NCBI GenBank assembly: GCA_020724805.1
Contig: DYGI01000001.1
Location: 239,157-303,156, forward strand
Source of the DNA: Candidatus Microgenomatus sp.
GTDB lineage: Bacteria; Patescibacteriota; Minisyncoccia; UBA6257; GWB1-50-10
DNA: 64,000 bases
Reading direction: 5' to 3'
Below, one piece after another: positions 17,139 through 28,509 of the stretch. Numbering within the stretch: the stretch's first letter is position 1; every line of letters starts with the position of its first letter. Under the pieces are notes generated by a model that worked only from the letters and a program-made list of their open reading frames with translations, made no database searches and was not told where the DNA came from. The position numbers were made by a program, and so were the translations under genes.

Positions 17139-17606
17139 ATGGTCATTTATCTCGGTTCGGACCATCGCGGATTTGAAATAAAGGAACATCTGAAGAACGC
17201 GCTTGCGGCGCGGGGATACCCCGTGGTAGATCTGGGGCCCGCCGCGTATGACGAGAGCGATGATTATACCGACATTGCCGCCGCGCTTGCGAAGAAAGTG
17301 AGTGCGAATATGGAAACAAGTCGCGGTATTCTTCTCTGTGGTTCCGGAGTGGGAGTGTCGGTGGTAGCGAATAAGTTTCCCAATATTCGCGCGGCGCTTG
17401 TCATGATTCCCGACCAAGCCTTCGACAGCAGGAACGACGACGACGCGAACATATTGGCGCTCGGTACGAATTATCTTGATGCGGCCGCGGCAGAGAAAAT
17501 AGCGGTGACATGGCTTGCCACCCCATTCTCAAAAGAACCGCGGTTTGCGCGTCGACTCCAAGAACTTACAAAAATAGAGGCGGACGCATTGCGTCGTCCG
17601 GAGTAG
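17139..17606 (+). CDS. rpiB: ribose-5-phosphate isomerase B
   Basis: IYLGSDHRGFEIKEHL...LLCGSGVGVSVVANKF. RpiB/LacAB family. Confidence 0.9.
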   Translation: MVIYLGSDHRGFEIKEHLKNALAARGYPVVDLGPAAYDESDDYTDIAAALAKKVSANMETSRGILLCGSGVGVSVVANKFPNIRAALVMIPDQAFDSRNDDDANILALGTNYLDAAAAEKIAVTWLATPFSKEPRFARRLQELTKIEADALRRPE

Positions 17607-17738
17607 CGCATGGACCCCGTTAGAAGCAACTCAGCGACTCAATAATAGATAATGATATGCCTGTGAAATATTTAACCAACCGATTAAATCCGTGTAATAC
17701 GGGCGCGCACGTGGGCGCACCCTGCTTCTAACGGGATG
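17607..17738 (+). repeat. intercistronic structured element, copy A (diverged): SD + mini-ORF MDPVRSNSATQ + long-range stem + start codon of rpe
   Basis: CCCGTTAGAAGCA at 17617-17629 is the reverse complement of TGCTTCTAACGGG, which ends 1 nt before ATG 17736. Inner hairpin CCGTG-TAA-TACGG. Shares its architecture with copies at 31395 and 49511. Confidence 0.6.
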
Positions 17739-18398
17739 GAGGTGATTCCTACCATCAATTGCGGCGACGAAGCATGCGTGCGGCGGGGGCTCGGCGTCGT
17801 GGCGATTCTCGGAGCGGATAAGATTAAGTTCGACGTGTCGGATGGTTCATTCGCGTCCACGGTGACGTGGAACGAGCCCGCGAAACTCCGGAGCATGTTG
17901 GAAAAAGAAGGGTTGGGAGAATCGGAGATCGAGGTGCACCTTATGGTGAAGGATGTGAAGTCGGCGCTCAAGGTTTGGCTTGAAGCGGGGATACGTCGTG
18001 CGATAGTCCATATAGAGGTGTTCCCGAAAGGGAAAGAGTTGGATTTTTTCCATGAAATTGAAAGCATGTGCGTTGCGGCGGGAACAGAACTCGGTCTCGC
18101 GATTGCGCCCGAAACGGCGGTGGATGAACTTGTTGCCTATCTCGGTGAAACGCTTTTTGTGCAACTCCTCGCGGTAAAACCGGGTCCCGCAGGCCAAAAG
18201 TTCGACGAGGGGACGTTTGAAAAACTTGAATTCCTCCGCGACCGCGCGCCTGAGCTGATGATAGAAATCGACGGGGGAGTAACGCCGGCAATCGCGCGAC
18301 GACTCAAGGAAGCCGGCGCCGATGCGGTGGCGTCTTCCTCGTATATTTTCGGCGAGCGCGACCACCGCGCCGCATACCGGGAACTTTTGGACGCGTAA
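17736..18398 (+). CDS. rpe: ribulose-phosphate 3-epimerase
   Basis: 220 aa. HLMV, AVKPGPAGQKF, IEIDGGV motifs. Confidence 0.88.
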   Translation: MEVIPTINCGDEACVRRGLGVVAILGADKIKFDVSDGSFASTVTWNEPAKLRSMLEKEGLGESEIEVHLMVKDVKSALKVWLEAGIRRAIVHIEVFPKGKELDFFHEIESMCVAAGTELGLAIAPETAVDELVAYLGETLFVQLLAVKPGPAGQKFDEGTFEKLEFLRDRAPELMIEIDGGVTPAIARRLKEAGADAVASSSYIFGERDHRAAYRELLDA

Positions 18399-18400
18399 GC

Positions 18401-18428
18401 GAACCTGCCGGCAGGCAAGGTTTTTTTA
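18401..18428 (+). terminator. rho-independent terminator
   Basis: AACCTGCC-GGCAGG(caa)GGTT followed by TTTTTTT. Confidence 0.7.
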
Positions 18429-18439
18429 TTTGGGGTATA

Positions 18440-19324
18440 ATGGAGAAAATCATAATTCTTTCTATGGAACCTTTACACGAGGAAAAGCTGAAATATCTTG
18501 AGGAGCTGGCCGTACGGATGCGGGAAACCCTCATCCAAACACTCGTGGAGGCGGGGAGCGGACACTCGGCGGGACCTTTAGGGATGGCCGACATTTTCGC
18601 CGCGCTCTATTTCCATGTGTTAAACCACAATCCGAAAAAGCCCGACTGGGCCGAGCGCGACCGGCTCATACTTTCGAATGGCCACATCACGCCCATTCGC
18701 TATGTGGCGATGGCGTACGCGGGGTATCTGCCGCTGGAAGAGCTGAAAACATTACGGAAAATTCACTCGCGCCTGCAGGGGCACCCGCACCGTACGTCGC
18801 TCCCGGGCATTGAAACCACGTCGGGACCTTTGGGGTCCGGGCTTTCGCAGGCCATCGGTGTCGCACTCGCGGCGAAGCTGGACCACAAGAAATATCGTAC
18901 GTACTGTGTGATGTCCGACGGCGAGCACCAGGAAGGGAACACGTGGGAAGCCATTATGTTTGCGGGGAAGTACCGAATTTCCAATCTCACCGCGATTGTG
19001 GACCGGAACAACATTCAGATAGACGGTGCGACGGAAGACGTAATGCCTTTGGAATCTTTGCGCGCGAAATATGAGGCATTCCGCTGGAACGTCATTGAGG
19101 TGAACGGGCACAACATTGAGGAATTTGTGGATGCGGTGCATGAGGCGCGCGCAATTTTTGAAAAGCCAACCGTCATCATCGCACACACGATTCCCGGAAA
19201 AGGTGTGAGTTTTATGGAGGGCGACTACACATGGCACGGCAAAGCGCCGAAAAAAGACGAGGCGAAAGTGGCGCTTCACGAGCTTCGAACGCTCGGGAAG
19301 CGCATAAAATCCGAGCACGAATAA
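18440..19324 (+). CDS. transketolase, N-terminal (TPP-binding) subunit
   Basis: GSGHSAGPLGMADIF...GHPHR...GPLGSGLSQAIG. Split transketolase. Confidence 0.9.
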   Translation: MEKIIILSMEPLHEEKLKYLEELAVRMRETLIQTLVEAGSGHSAGPLGMADIFAALYFHVLNHNPKKPDWAERDRLILSNGHITPIRYVAMAYAGYLPLEELKTLRKIHSRLQGHPHRTSLPGIETTSGPLGSGLSQAIGVALAAKLDHKKYRTYCVMSDGEHQEGNTWEAIMFAGKYRISNLTAIVDRNNIQIDGATEDVMPLESLRAKYEAFRWNVIEVNGHNIEEFVDAVHEARAIFEKPTVIIAHTIPGKGVSFMEGDYTWHGKAPKKDEAKVALHELRTLGKRIKSEHE

Positions 19325-19325
19325 T

Positions 19326-20315
19326 ATGCTGGAACCATCCTCCAAGTTAAATAACAACATGTTCAAGCCCGAAGCCGAAAAGCGTGCGACACGGGACGGG
19401 TACGGCGAGGGTTTGGTTGTCTTGGGTGACACCAATAAAAGCGTAGTGGCCCTGACCGCGGACCTTGCCGAGTCCACGCGCGCGGAAAGCTTCGCAAAAA
19501 AGTATCCGGAACGGTTCTTTGAATGTGGTGTTGCGGAGCAGAACATGGCGACGATTGCGGCCGGGCTTGGTATCAGCGGTAAAATTCCCTTCATTTCCTC
19601 CTACGCCACGTTTTCACCGGGCAGGAACCTTGAGCAAATACGGACGACAGTCGCCTATAACGATTCCAATGTGAAGATTGCGGGACACCACGCCGGCATC
19701 TCCGTGGGGCCGGACGGGGCGACGCACCAAGCAACCGAGGATATCGCATGGATGCGCACTATGCCGAATATGAAAGTCGTGGTGCCGTGCGATGCGGTGG
19801 AAGCGAAGAAAGCGACTGTGGCGGCTGCAAAAGTGAAAGGACCCGTGTATCTGCGGTTCGCACGCGAGAAAACTTCCGTCATCACAACCGGAAAAACCCC
19901 GTTCACACTCGGAAAGGCGGAACTGTTTTGGGATTCCAAAAAACCGGAGGTAGGCATCGTCGCATGCGGCATCATGGTGGCGCAGGCTTTGCGCGCTGCG
20001 CAGGAGCTCAAAGCAGACGGGATGGAAGTTGCGGTATTGAATGTGCACACCATTAAACCTTTGGACGGTTCCGCGCTCCGCGCGCTCGGCAATCGCACCG
20101 GCGCTCTGGTGGTCGCCGAGGAGCATCAAGTGGCCGGAGGGCTGGGAGGCGCCGTCGCCGAATTCTTTGCGAAAGACGGGCCACTTCCTATAGAATTCGT
20201 GGGACTCAACGACACCTTCGGCCAGTCGGGCCGCCCCGAGGAACTTTTGGAGTTCTACGGCATGGGAGTCGGTGACATAAAAAACGCGGTAAAGCGCGCA
20301 AGAAAAAGAAAATAA
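19326..20315 (+). CDS. transketolase, C-terminal (pyrimidine-binding) subunit
   Basis: GEGLVVLGD...ECGVAEQNM...GPDGATHQ. Immediately follows the N-terminal subunit. Confidence 0.9.
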   Translation: MLEPSSKLNNNMFKPEAEKRATRDGYGEGLVVLGDTNKSVVALTADLAESTRAESFAKKYPERFFECGVAEQNMATIAAGLGISGKIPFISSYATFSPGRNLEQIRTTVAYNDSNVKIAGHHAGISVGPDGATHQATEDIAWMRTMPNMKVVVPCDAVEAKKATVAAAKVKGPVYLRFAREKTSVITTGKTPFTLGKAELFWDSKKPEVGIVACGIMVAQALRAAQELKADGMEVAVLNVHTIKPLDGSALRALGNRTGALVVAEEHQVAGGLGGAVAEFFAKDGPLPIEFVGLNDTFGQSGRPEELLEFYGMGVGDIKNAVKRARKRK

Positions 20316-20316
20316 C

Positions 20317-21321
20317 ATGTTTGACATCATCACTATAGGCACCGCAACGCGGGACGTATTTCTCAAAAGTGCGAAATTCAAAGTGCTCCGGGACCCGGAG
20401 CATTTGAAAAAGCTCGGATTTGTTACCGGCGAAGCGGAATGTTTTGCGATGGGAAGTAAGATTGCCGTGGATGCCCCGGTATTCGCGTTCGGGGGCGGCG
20501 CAGTGAATGCGGCAGTGACCTTCGCGCGGCAAGGTCTCAAAACCGGCGCGGTTATAAAAGTGGGAGACGATGAAAGCGGCGAAGCGCTTTTAGAAAACTT
20601 GAAGCATGAGCGTATTACCGCGTTCGCCGCGCGAGATAAAAAAATTGCCACCGCATATTCCGTGGCGCTCCTCACCGCGGGAGGAGAGCGCACTATCCTT
20701 TCCTACCGGGGAGCGTCGGAAGACCTTTCGCATCGCGATATCCCGTGGAACAAACTTTCGGCAAAGTGGGCATATATCACGCCGGGAGCGCTCCCTATGG
20801 TACTCGTACGGGAACTTGTGGCGTTCTTGAAAAAGCGGGGCACCTCGGTTGCCATGAATCCTTCCGGGGCCTACGTGGCAATGGGGGCGGAGAAATTGAA
20901 GCCGCTTCTTGCCGCGCTCGATGTGGTCATTGTGAACCGCGAAGAAGCAACGCTTCTCACCGGATTTGATTTCTCAAAAGAAAGAAAGATTTTCAAGAAA
21001 TTCGACGACCTGGTGCCAGGACTTGCGGTGGTAACCGACGGGCCGCGCGGCGCAAAAGTTTCGGACGGGCGCTACCTCTACACCGCGGAAACTTTCAAGG
21101 AGAAAAAACTGGCGGATCGCACGGGAGCGGGGGATGCGTTCGGTTCCGGTTTTGTGGCCGGACTTATAGAAAAGCGTGATATCCATTACGCGCTTCGTCT
21201 GGCATCCGCGAACGCGACCTCGGTGGTTGAACAGATAGGAGCCGAGGAAGGCATACTCACGAAAAAGGATTTTGCCGCAAACCGTTTCAAATATCTGAGT
21301 TTGGACGTTGAGCCGCTCTGA
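20317..21321 (+). CDS. PfkB-family carbohydrate kinase (ribokinase-like)
   Basis: DRTGAGDAFGSGFVAGL PfkB signature 2. N-terminal GGGAVNAA. Confidence 0.8.
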   Translation: MFDIITIGTATRDVFLKSAKFKVLRDPEHLKKLGFVTGEAECFAMGSKIAVDAPVFAFGGGAVNAAVTFARQGLKTGAVIKVGDDESGEALLENLKHERITAFAARDKKIATAYSVALLTAGGERTILSYRGASEDLSHRDIPWNKLSAKWAYITPGALPMVLVRELVAFLKKRGTSVAMNPSGAYVAMGAEKLKPLLAALDVVIVNREEATLLTGFDFSKERKIFKKFDDLVPGLAVVTDGPRGAKVSDGRYLYTAETFKEKKLADRTGAGDAFGSGFVAGLIEKRDIHYALRLASANATSVVEQIGAEEGILTKKDFAANRFKYLSLDVEPL

Positions 21322-21326
21322 TAGCG

Positions 21327-22559
21327 ATGGCTACCGTGGAACAACTTGCGAAGATTCTCGGCGTGGATGCCGCGATGCTCGAGAAGCTCGAGAAGGCCAT
21401 GGCGGCGCGCACGGGCCGCGCAGGAGTATTGGGATCCATTGCGGAACGAAACGCGGAAACTATAGAACGTACGCTTCGCGCGTTGAATAGCGGCGATCGC
21501 TCGGCCGAGCATGTAAAGGGAGTGTTGCGAACCGCCATTGTGGAACACGAAAAAAGACTCCTCGCCCTCGTGGAAAGGGAAAATGGCGCGTCCCCATTCG
21601 AAAAAGCGGCCTCGCTTGCGAAGAAGGTCACGAGATCAGGGAAAGGTTTTTTTCTCAAAAAAGAAATTGCGCGTGAAATATTGCGGAAGCGTCCACCCGC
21701 GAATCTCATCAACTACCTCGGGGTAACAACAATTGAGGAAGCGTTTTCGGGTCGTGACGTTACCGAGCTCTTTAGCGCGCTGCGCTTCGTGGAATCGGAT
21801 GAGTGGATGCATGCGACCTTTGACGCGGCATACAGCGAATTCACCGCGGCCGACTTCGAAGAGCGGGATACGGAAATCCGCGTGTTAGGATCCGAATGGC
21901 ACGAAATATCGCGGAAGTTTGTGGCGAAAAAGCACCATAACGTGAGCCATCTGAAAGAATTCGGCGTCATTTTCGTGAACCCCATCCAGGAAGATATCCC
22001 CGGGAAATTTTTGAGGGATTTTGCACTCCTTTTGCACTACTTCCATGAAGTTGAATTTTATTCAAAACTTTTCCGCCGTTACTCGCGCGAAGCGAACTTC
22101 GCCGAGCGTCTCAAAATGTTTTTGCGGGGCGATGTGCCCGAGGTGTACCAGGCGGGTGACGGCGAGTGGCTTATTGTGCAGCGTTATCTTGCGAAGGAGA
22201 ATCCCGCAGATCCGCGCCTTTCGTTGCCGCGCGTGAATCCTGAATCTCTTCACTGGGCGCGGGGCGAGCGCGATCTCACGAGCTTCAGGGCGCCAGATGC
22301 TCACCTCGATCTTACTTTGTGGCACGACCTTGATTGGGTCGGCGGTATTTTTGCCGATGGTAATGAACAGACAGTGAGTTTTGACTTGGAGGACAACGCA
22401 ATGTCGCTCGTGTCATTTATGGAAGGGAAGAACGAAACATTCAATTATCACCAGCGTGAGAGTATGTGGACCAAGATATTCGAGGAATATGTGGGCGGAG
22501 AGGAAAAGATGGAGGAGCTGCTCATAGAGAATTTTGACAAAGGAATCATCCAATTCTAA
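21327..22559 (+). CDS. hypothetical protein (410 aa) embedded in a sugar-phosphate metabolism cluster
   Basis: Long ORF tightly packed between the PfkB kinase and fba. No motif I can recognise. Confidence 0.5.
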   Translation: MATVEQLAKILGVDAAMLEKLEKAMAARTGRAGVLGSIAERNAETIERTLRALNSGDRSAEHVKGVLRTAIVEHEKRLLALVERENGASPFEKAASLAKKVTRSGKGFFLKKEIAREILRKRPPANLINYLGVTTIEEAFSGRDVTELFSALRFVESDEWMHATFDAAYSEFTAADFEERDTEIRVLGSEWHEISRKFVAKKHHNVSHLKEFGVIFVNPIQEDIPGKFLRDFALLLHYFHEVEFYSKLFRRYSREANFAERLKMFLRGDVPEVYQAGDGEWLIVQRYLAKENPADPRLSLPRVNPESLHWARGERDLTSFRAPDAHLDLTLWHDLDWVGGIFADGNEQTVSFDLEDNAMSLVSFMEGKNETFNYHQRESMWTKIFEEYVGGEEKMEELLIENFDKGIIQF

Positions 22560-22561
22560 CC

Positions 22562-23470
22562 ATGCAAACTTTGTCAGCGGTCATACGAGCCGCGGAAACA
22601 AAAAAAATCGCGATAGGACACTTCAATATTGCGAACTTGGAGCAGTTGAAGGCCATCGCGCATGTGGGAGTGAGGTTGAATGTGCCGGTCATCATCGGAG
22701 TTTCGGAAGGGGAGCGAGAGTATCTCGGCGTGCACCATGTGCGGGATTTGGTGGACAGTTATAACAAGGAACACGCAAAGACGGATGGTTTTCGCTTATT
22801 TCTGAACGCGGACCACACGAAGTCGATTGAGAAGGCAAAGGAAGCGGCGGCGAACGGGTTCGACGCGGTTTTGTTCGACGGTTCAAAACTCACGTTTGAG
22901 GAAAATATTACGCGTACGAAAGAAACGATACGGGCGGTAAAGCGGGGGTGGAAATTCTGGCGGAAGGATGTGCTTGTGGAAGGGGAATTGGGATATATCG
23001 GGGGAGCTTCGGAAATACGCGATAGTGTTCCCGAGGGTGCGGCGATAAAATCCGAGGACCTTACGAAACCTGAGGACGCCGCGCGATTTGTGAAAGAAAC
23101 CGGCGTGGATATGCTTGCGCCCGCGGTGGGAAACATCCACGGGATGCGAGCAGACGCTTCTGACCCTGCGCTCGATATCGCGCGAATTAAAGCGATAAAA
23201 GATGCCCTTCGACAAGCTCAGGGTAAACCGGTGTCGCTCGTGCTTCACGGCGCTTCGGGGAATACCGATGAAGATTTACGTGCCGCGATAGAAGCGGGGA
23301 TATCCGTCGTTCACATTTCTACCGAGCTTCGCGCCGCATGGCGGAAAAGTCTGGAAGGAGAACTTACGGAACACCCAAAGGAAGTCGCGCCTTACAAGGT
23401 AATGCCCGATGTACTCGCGGCGATGGAAGAAGTGGTGGAGCATCACCTTCGTCTTTTCAATCGGCTCTAG
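22562..23470 (+). CDS. fba: class II fructose/tagatose-bisphosphate aldolase
   Basis: [10 protein letters not shown]...DHTKS...LVLHGASG...VHISTEL. Class II aldolase family. Confidence 0.85.
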   Translation: MQTLSAVIRAAETKKIAIGHFNIANLEQLKAIAHVGVRLNVPVIIGVSEGEREYLGVHHVRDLVDSYNKEHAKTDGFRLFLNADHTKSIEKAKEAAANGFDAVLFDGSKLTFEENITRTKETIRAVKRGWKFWRKDVLVEGELGYIGGASEIRDSVPEGAAIKSEDLTKPEDAARFVKETGVDMLAPAVGNIHGMRADASDPALDIARIKAIKDALRQAQGKPVSLVLHGASGNTDEDLRAAIEAGISVVHISTELRAAWRKSLEGELTEHPKEVAPYKVMPDVLAAMEEVVEHHLRLFNRL

Positions 23471-23490
23471 ATTCTGGTACGCTTTTCGCT

Positions 23491-24231
23491 ATGGCCGATG
23501 AGGTAAAGAAAATCATTATAGAAATTCGCGCGGGCGCGGGGGGCGACGAGGCATCGCTTTTTGCGGGCGACCTTGCGCGAATGTATCAGCGCTATGCGAC
23601 AAAACGAGGATGGCGTTTTTCCACCCTCGATGCTTCGGAATCCGGCGCGCGCGGGTATAAAACATTAGTGGCTGAAATAGCGGGCGCGGGCGCGTATGAG
23701 GCGCTGAAACAGGAATCAGGCGTGCATCGCGTGCAGCGCGTGCCGGTGACCGAACGACAAGGACGCGTGCACACCTCAACCGCCTCGGTGGCGGTGCTCC
23801 CCATCGTGGAGGCGAAGGCGGTGGATATCAAAGAAAGTGATTTGGAGGTGACGTTCTCGCGCGCGGGCGGCCCCGGCGGTCAGAATGTGAACAAAGTGGA
23901 AACCGCGGTGCGAATACTCCACAAGCCGACTGGAGTGGTGGTCGGTTCGCGTGAAGAGCGGAGCCAACACGCGAATCGCGAACGTGCAATAGAGGTGCTC
24001 CGCGCGAAGCTCTATGAGGCGCAGCAACTCCAGGCGGTCGGGTCGGTATCCGAACTCAGAAAAGAGCAGATAGGGAGCGGGGACCGCTCGGAGAAGATTC
24101 GCACCTATAACTTCCCTGACGATCGCATTACCGACCATCGTATCGGGAAGAAATTTTCGAACATCGAAAAAATACTCGAGGGGAATCTCGATAAGATAGT
24201 TGAAGCTTTCACGGGAACTACCGTGAAGTAA
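23491..24231 (+). CDS. peptide chain release factor 1-type protein lacking N-terminal domain 1
   Basis: 246 aa. Starts directly at [18 protein letters not shown] (domain 2). PVT decoding tripeptide, GGQ ([12 protein letters not shown]), C-terminal [14 protein letters not shown]. Confidence 0.8.
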   Translation: MADEVKKIIIEIRAGAGGDEASLFAGDLARMYQRYATKRGWRFSTLDASESGARGYKTLVAEIAGAGAYEALKQESGVHRVQRVPVTERQGRVHTSTASVAVLPIVEAKAVDIKESDLEVTFSRAGGPGGQNVNKVETAVRILHKPTGVVVGSREERSQHANRERAIEVLRAKLYEAQQLQAVGSVSELRKEQIGSGDRSEKIRTYNFPDDRITDHRIGKKFSNIEKILEGNLDKIVEAFTGTTVK

Positions 24232-25612
24232 TCGCGGGGGAAAGAACCGAAGCGTTGGTGCGAAGAACCGAGATATCCTTCTCAAATTCGTTTGCCTGGG
24301 TGACCACCGGGTCGCCATACCAGAAACGATATTTATACCAGTTACCACCCGCATAGTATTTCGCCGCGGCGCAACGCTCGATAAGGGTTTGGTAGGACAC
24401 CTGGTTTTTGTTTGCTTCCGCGTAGCTCTTACAACTTGAAGAATCCAAAAGGTCCTTCATGTAGACCGCAGTCGCGGCGAACGCGTCCGAATTGTTCCAT
24501 GGGCTCGGAGGGTTATTTCCTGTGACATTGGCGATTTTCGCCTCATAGATTTTCCACGTCGAAGGAATGAACTGTGCGGGACCCATGGCGCCGCCGTATG
24601 AACCGTGCGAAGAAATTGGACACGAGACTTTGGCAAACTCCGAGTCGGGGTCAATGCCGAGGCGCTTCAATAGGTCAAGGAAATATGGCTTGTCGCGTGT
24701 GGGGTGCATGGCGGTGGCATAGGAACAGCGTCCTACATTCTTTCCGAGAAGCGATTCGCGGTGGAGAATGGCGAGGATAAGGGCGGAGCGTACGCCGGTC
24801 GCGCTTTCCGCGAGCTTTGCATAGTCGTAGGCCGCCTCAAAGGTAAGCTCGCCGCCGCCGAGGAGTTGGAATATGCGCGTGCGGATTTGCGCGGCACTTT
24901 GCTGGGTTTGTGTGAGAATTTTCTGATATTCCGATTCCTTTCCTTTCGTTGCCTGAAGGAGTTTGTTTTTCTGCGATTGGGTCGTTTGTACACTACTCTT
25001 TTGCGCTTCCTGGATGCGGCGGAAATTCTCGGTATCCTCCTTTTTCGTCGCAAGTTGGTCTTTTTGCACTACGAGGTCCTCCCGAAGCCTTGTGATTTCC
25101 GCAAGCGACACGCGAAGGTTTTCCTGTACCAAAGTGACGTTCTCGATGTAGCCGAAAAAGTCGGAAAGTTCACGTTCCGAAAGGATCACTTCCATGAGAC
25201 CCGCGCGGTCGCTCTCATAGAGGTCGCGAAGGTATTTTCCTATAGCGTCTTTGTGCGAGCCGATATTATTTTCGGTGCGGTTTATTTGGCGCTGAGTTTC
25301 GTTGATTTCTTCATTCAACTTTGCAAGTTCGAGGTTCAGCGCTTTGATCTGTGTATTTGCTTTGGCTATCTTCGCATTCAGTGCGGAGATTTCGTTCGAG
25401 AGCGTTTTCCCTTCGGCCCGGTATTTCGCGATGGTCGCTTCGTGCTCTTCTATCTGACGTTCGAGCTCGGCGAGCTGACCCTCAAGCGCGCGTCGTTCTT
25501 CCTCACTTCCTGTCTGGGCGTAGACGGAGGCGATGGGGGAATAATAAGCGAACAAAACAGGCGCGCCGAGGAGCGCGAAGAAGGAAAAATAAATAAAAAC
25601 TGTCCGTTTCAT
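24218..25612 (-). CDS. coiled-coil protein with C-terminal lytic transglycosylase (MltB/SLT-like) domain
   Basis: TM then long coiled coil. [11 protein letters not shown]...[13 protein letters not shown] transglycosylase motif. Confidence 0.7.
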   Translation of the reverse strand: MKRTVFIYFSFFALLGAPVLFAYYSPIASVYAQTGSEEERRALEGQLAELERQIEEHEATIAKYRAEGKTLSNEISALNAKIAKANTQIKALNLELAKLNEEINETQRQINRTENNIGSHKDAIGKYLRDLYESDRAGLMEVILSERELSDFFGYIENVTLVQENLRVSLAEITRLREDLVVQKDQLATKKEDTENFRRIQEAQKSSVQTTQSQKNKLLQATKGKESEYQKILTQTQQSAAQIRTRIFQLLGGGELTFEAAYDYAKLAESATGVRSALILAILHRESLLGKNVGRCSYATAMHPTRDKPYFLDLLKRLGIDPDSEFAKVSCPISSHGSYGGAMGPAQFIPSTWKIYEAKIANVTGNNPPSPWNNSDAFAATAVYMKDLLDSSSCKSYAEANKNQVSYQTLIERCAAAKYYAGGNWYKYRFWYGDPVVTQANEFEKDISVLRTNASVLSPAITSR

Positions 25613-25707
25613 ACCTTCTCTACCAAGTATAACGACGAAAGACGATTTTGAGAACAAAAACCCCGATGGAAGGTCGGGTTCGTCGGTGCCGTCATCGGCG
25701 AACGGTT

Positions 25708-26352
25708 CTACTCTTTCTTTTCTTCGCCCGCAGGAGCGGGTTCGGTGGCGGACGCTGCTTCGGCGGGAGTTCCTTCGGCAACGGGGGCAGGCGCGGGAGC
25801 TTCCTCCTTCGCGTGCTCGCGTACCGTGGCGAGCGTAGTGTCGGCAGGAACGTGAAGTTTTACCGAGGGAGGAATTGAAAGATCTTTGACCGCGATGGAA
25901 TCGCCCGGCTTTCTGAGCGCGTCGACCGGTACCTCGATCTTATGAAGGAGATTTTCGGGGAGCGCTTCGATCTCTATTTCACGCACGACTTCGACGATCA
26001 TGAACCCTTCTTTCGTGGCGGGAGCCGTTCCCACGAACACCACCGGCACTTTTGCGTGCACCTTTTCGCCTTTCTTGATGGCGTGGAAATCTATTGCGAG
26101 CACTTCATCGGTTAAAGGGTCGCGCAAAACCTCAGCAATGACCGCGGGGACGGTGCCGTTGTCGGTGGTGAGTGAAATAATGGTGTGACTTCCCGCGGCG
26201 CGGTAAAGCGTCACAAATTCTTTCAAAGGAACGGCGACGTGAATGTTTTCAATCCCGCGACCGTAGATTTCCGCGGGCACCAACCCTTCGTGGCGGAGAT
26301 TCTTCGTTTTTTTGCCGAATACGTTCCGGTTTTGTACCTTTAGCTCCGTCAT
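25708..26352 (-). CDS. rplY: 50S ribosomal protein L25/general stress protein Ctc
   Basis: Ribosomal L25 family N-terminal region with acidic/Ala-Pro C-terminal tail. Confidence 0.85.
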   Translation of the reverse strand: MTELKVQNRNVFGKKTKNLRHEGLVPAEIYGRGIENIHVAVPLKEFVTLYRAAGSHTIISLTTDNGTVPAVIAEVLRDPLTDEVLAIDFHAIKKGEKVHAKVPVVFVGTAPATKEGFMIVEVVREIEIEALPENLLHKIEVPVDALRKPGDSIAVKDLSIPPSVKLHVPADTTLATVREHAKEEAPAPAPVAEGTPAEAASATEPAPAGEEKKE

Positions 26353-26356
26353 GGAA

Positions 26357-26611
26357 TTATTTCGCGCGCGCTTTCTTTACCTTCTTCACTTTCTTGATGG
26401 GGGACGCCTTTGCGGTGCGTGCGCGGAAGCGTTCCACGCGTCCCGTGGTGTCGACGAGCGACTGTTTGCCGGTGTAGAACGGGTGGCATTTGGAGCAGAT
26501 TTCGACGTGAAGTTCCGGCACCGTGGCGCCGACCGTAAAGCGTTCACCGCAGGCGCACGTTACCTTGGCTTTCGGATAATATTGGGGGTGGATTCCTTCT
26601 TTCATAGCCAC
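26357..26611 (-). CDS. rpmE: 50S ribosomal protein L31
   Basis: [23 protein letters not shown]...[11 protein letters not shown]31 with zinc ribbon. Confidence 0.9.
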   Translation of the reverse strand: MAMKEGIHPQYYPKAKVTCACGERFTVGATVPELHVEICSKCHPFYTGKQSLVDTTGRVERFRARTAKASPIKKVKKVKKARAK

Positions 26612-26635
26612 GTTATTCTACATAAAACCTTTGTA

Positions 26636-26663
26636 TTGACAAGGGGAACCCCTTTCCTATAAT
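26636..26663 (+). promoter_or_regulatory. sigma70-type promoter TTGACA-N16-TATAAT (rRNA promoter)
   Basis: Consensus hexamers about 150 nt upstream of the 16S 5' end. Confidence 0.6.
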
Positions 26664-26785
26664 AGGGACGCCTATGAAGAACTTTGTTTTACATAGCGCG
26701 TCCATTAATAAGTGCATAACCCGCTTTTGTTGCAGCAACAGAAGCGCGGTATACCAGTGAAGATTTTTTTCGTTGTCCTAGTCAG

Positions 26786-26812
26786 CGACTGGCAATTGCC
26801 AGTCGTATTTTT

Positions 26813-26814
<2 letters not shown>
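26786..26814 (+). terminator. perfect 20-nt palindrome plus T-run abutting the 16S 5' end (terminator-like or processing stem)
   Basis: CGACTGGCAATTGCCAGTCG followed by TATTTTTT. Lies between the rRNA promoter and the mature 16S start. Confidence 0.4.
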
Positions 26815-28301
<1,487 letters not shown>

Positions 28302-28509
28302 TAGTACACTTATCTTTTTCATTCCGAAGGGAGGGAGAAAGATAGCGAGCGAAAGATAGGAGGAGAGTGGAACGCGAACTCGTTTTTCGTTCCGCTCTCA
28401 GCCAGATCACGCGAATCCGTGAGGATTCAACAGGTGTTGGCCACTCAGCCTTAAGTTGGTGGCTCTAGGACAACGAAAAAAGTTTTTGGTGGTATACTGA
28501 AAATCAAAC

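Noticed and set aside
19614-20693. 359-aa minus-strand ORF
   Set aside because: Antisense to transketolase C-terminal subunit and PfkB kinase.
24704-25651. 315-aa plus-strand ORF
   Set aside because: Antisense to the coiled-coil lytic transglycosylase gene, whose SLT motif is clear.
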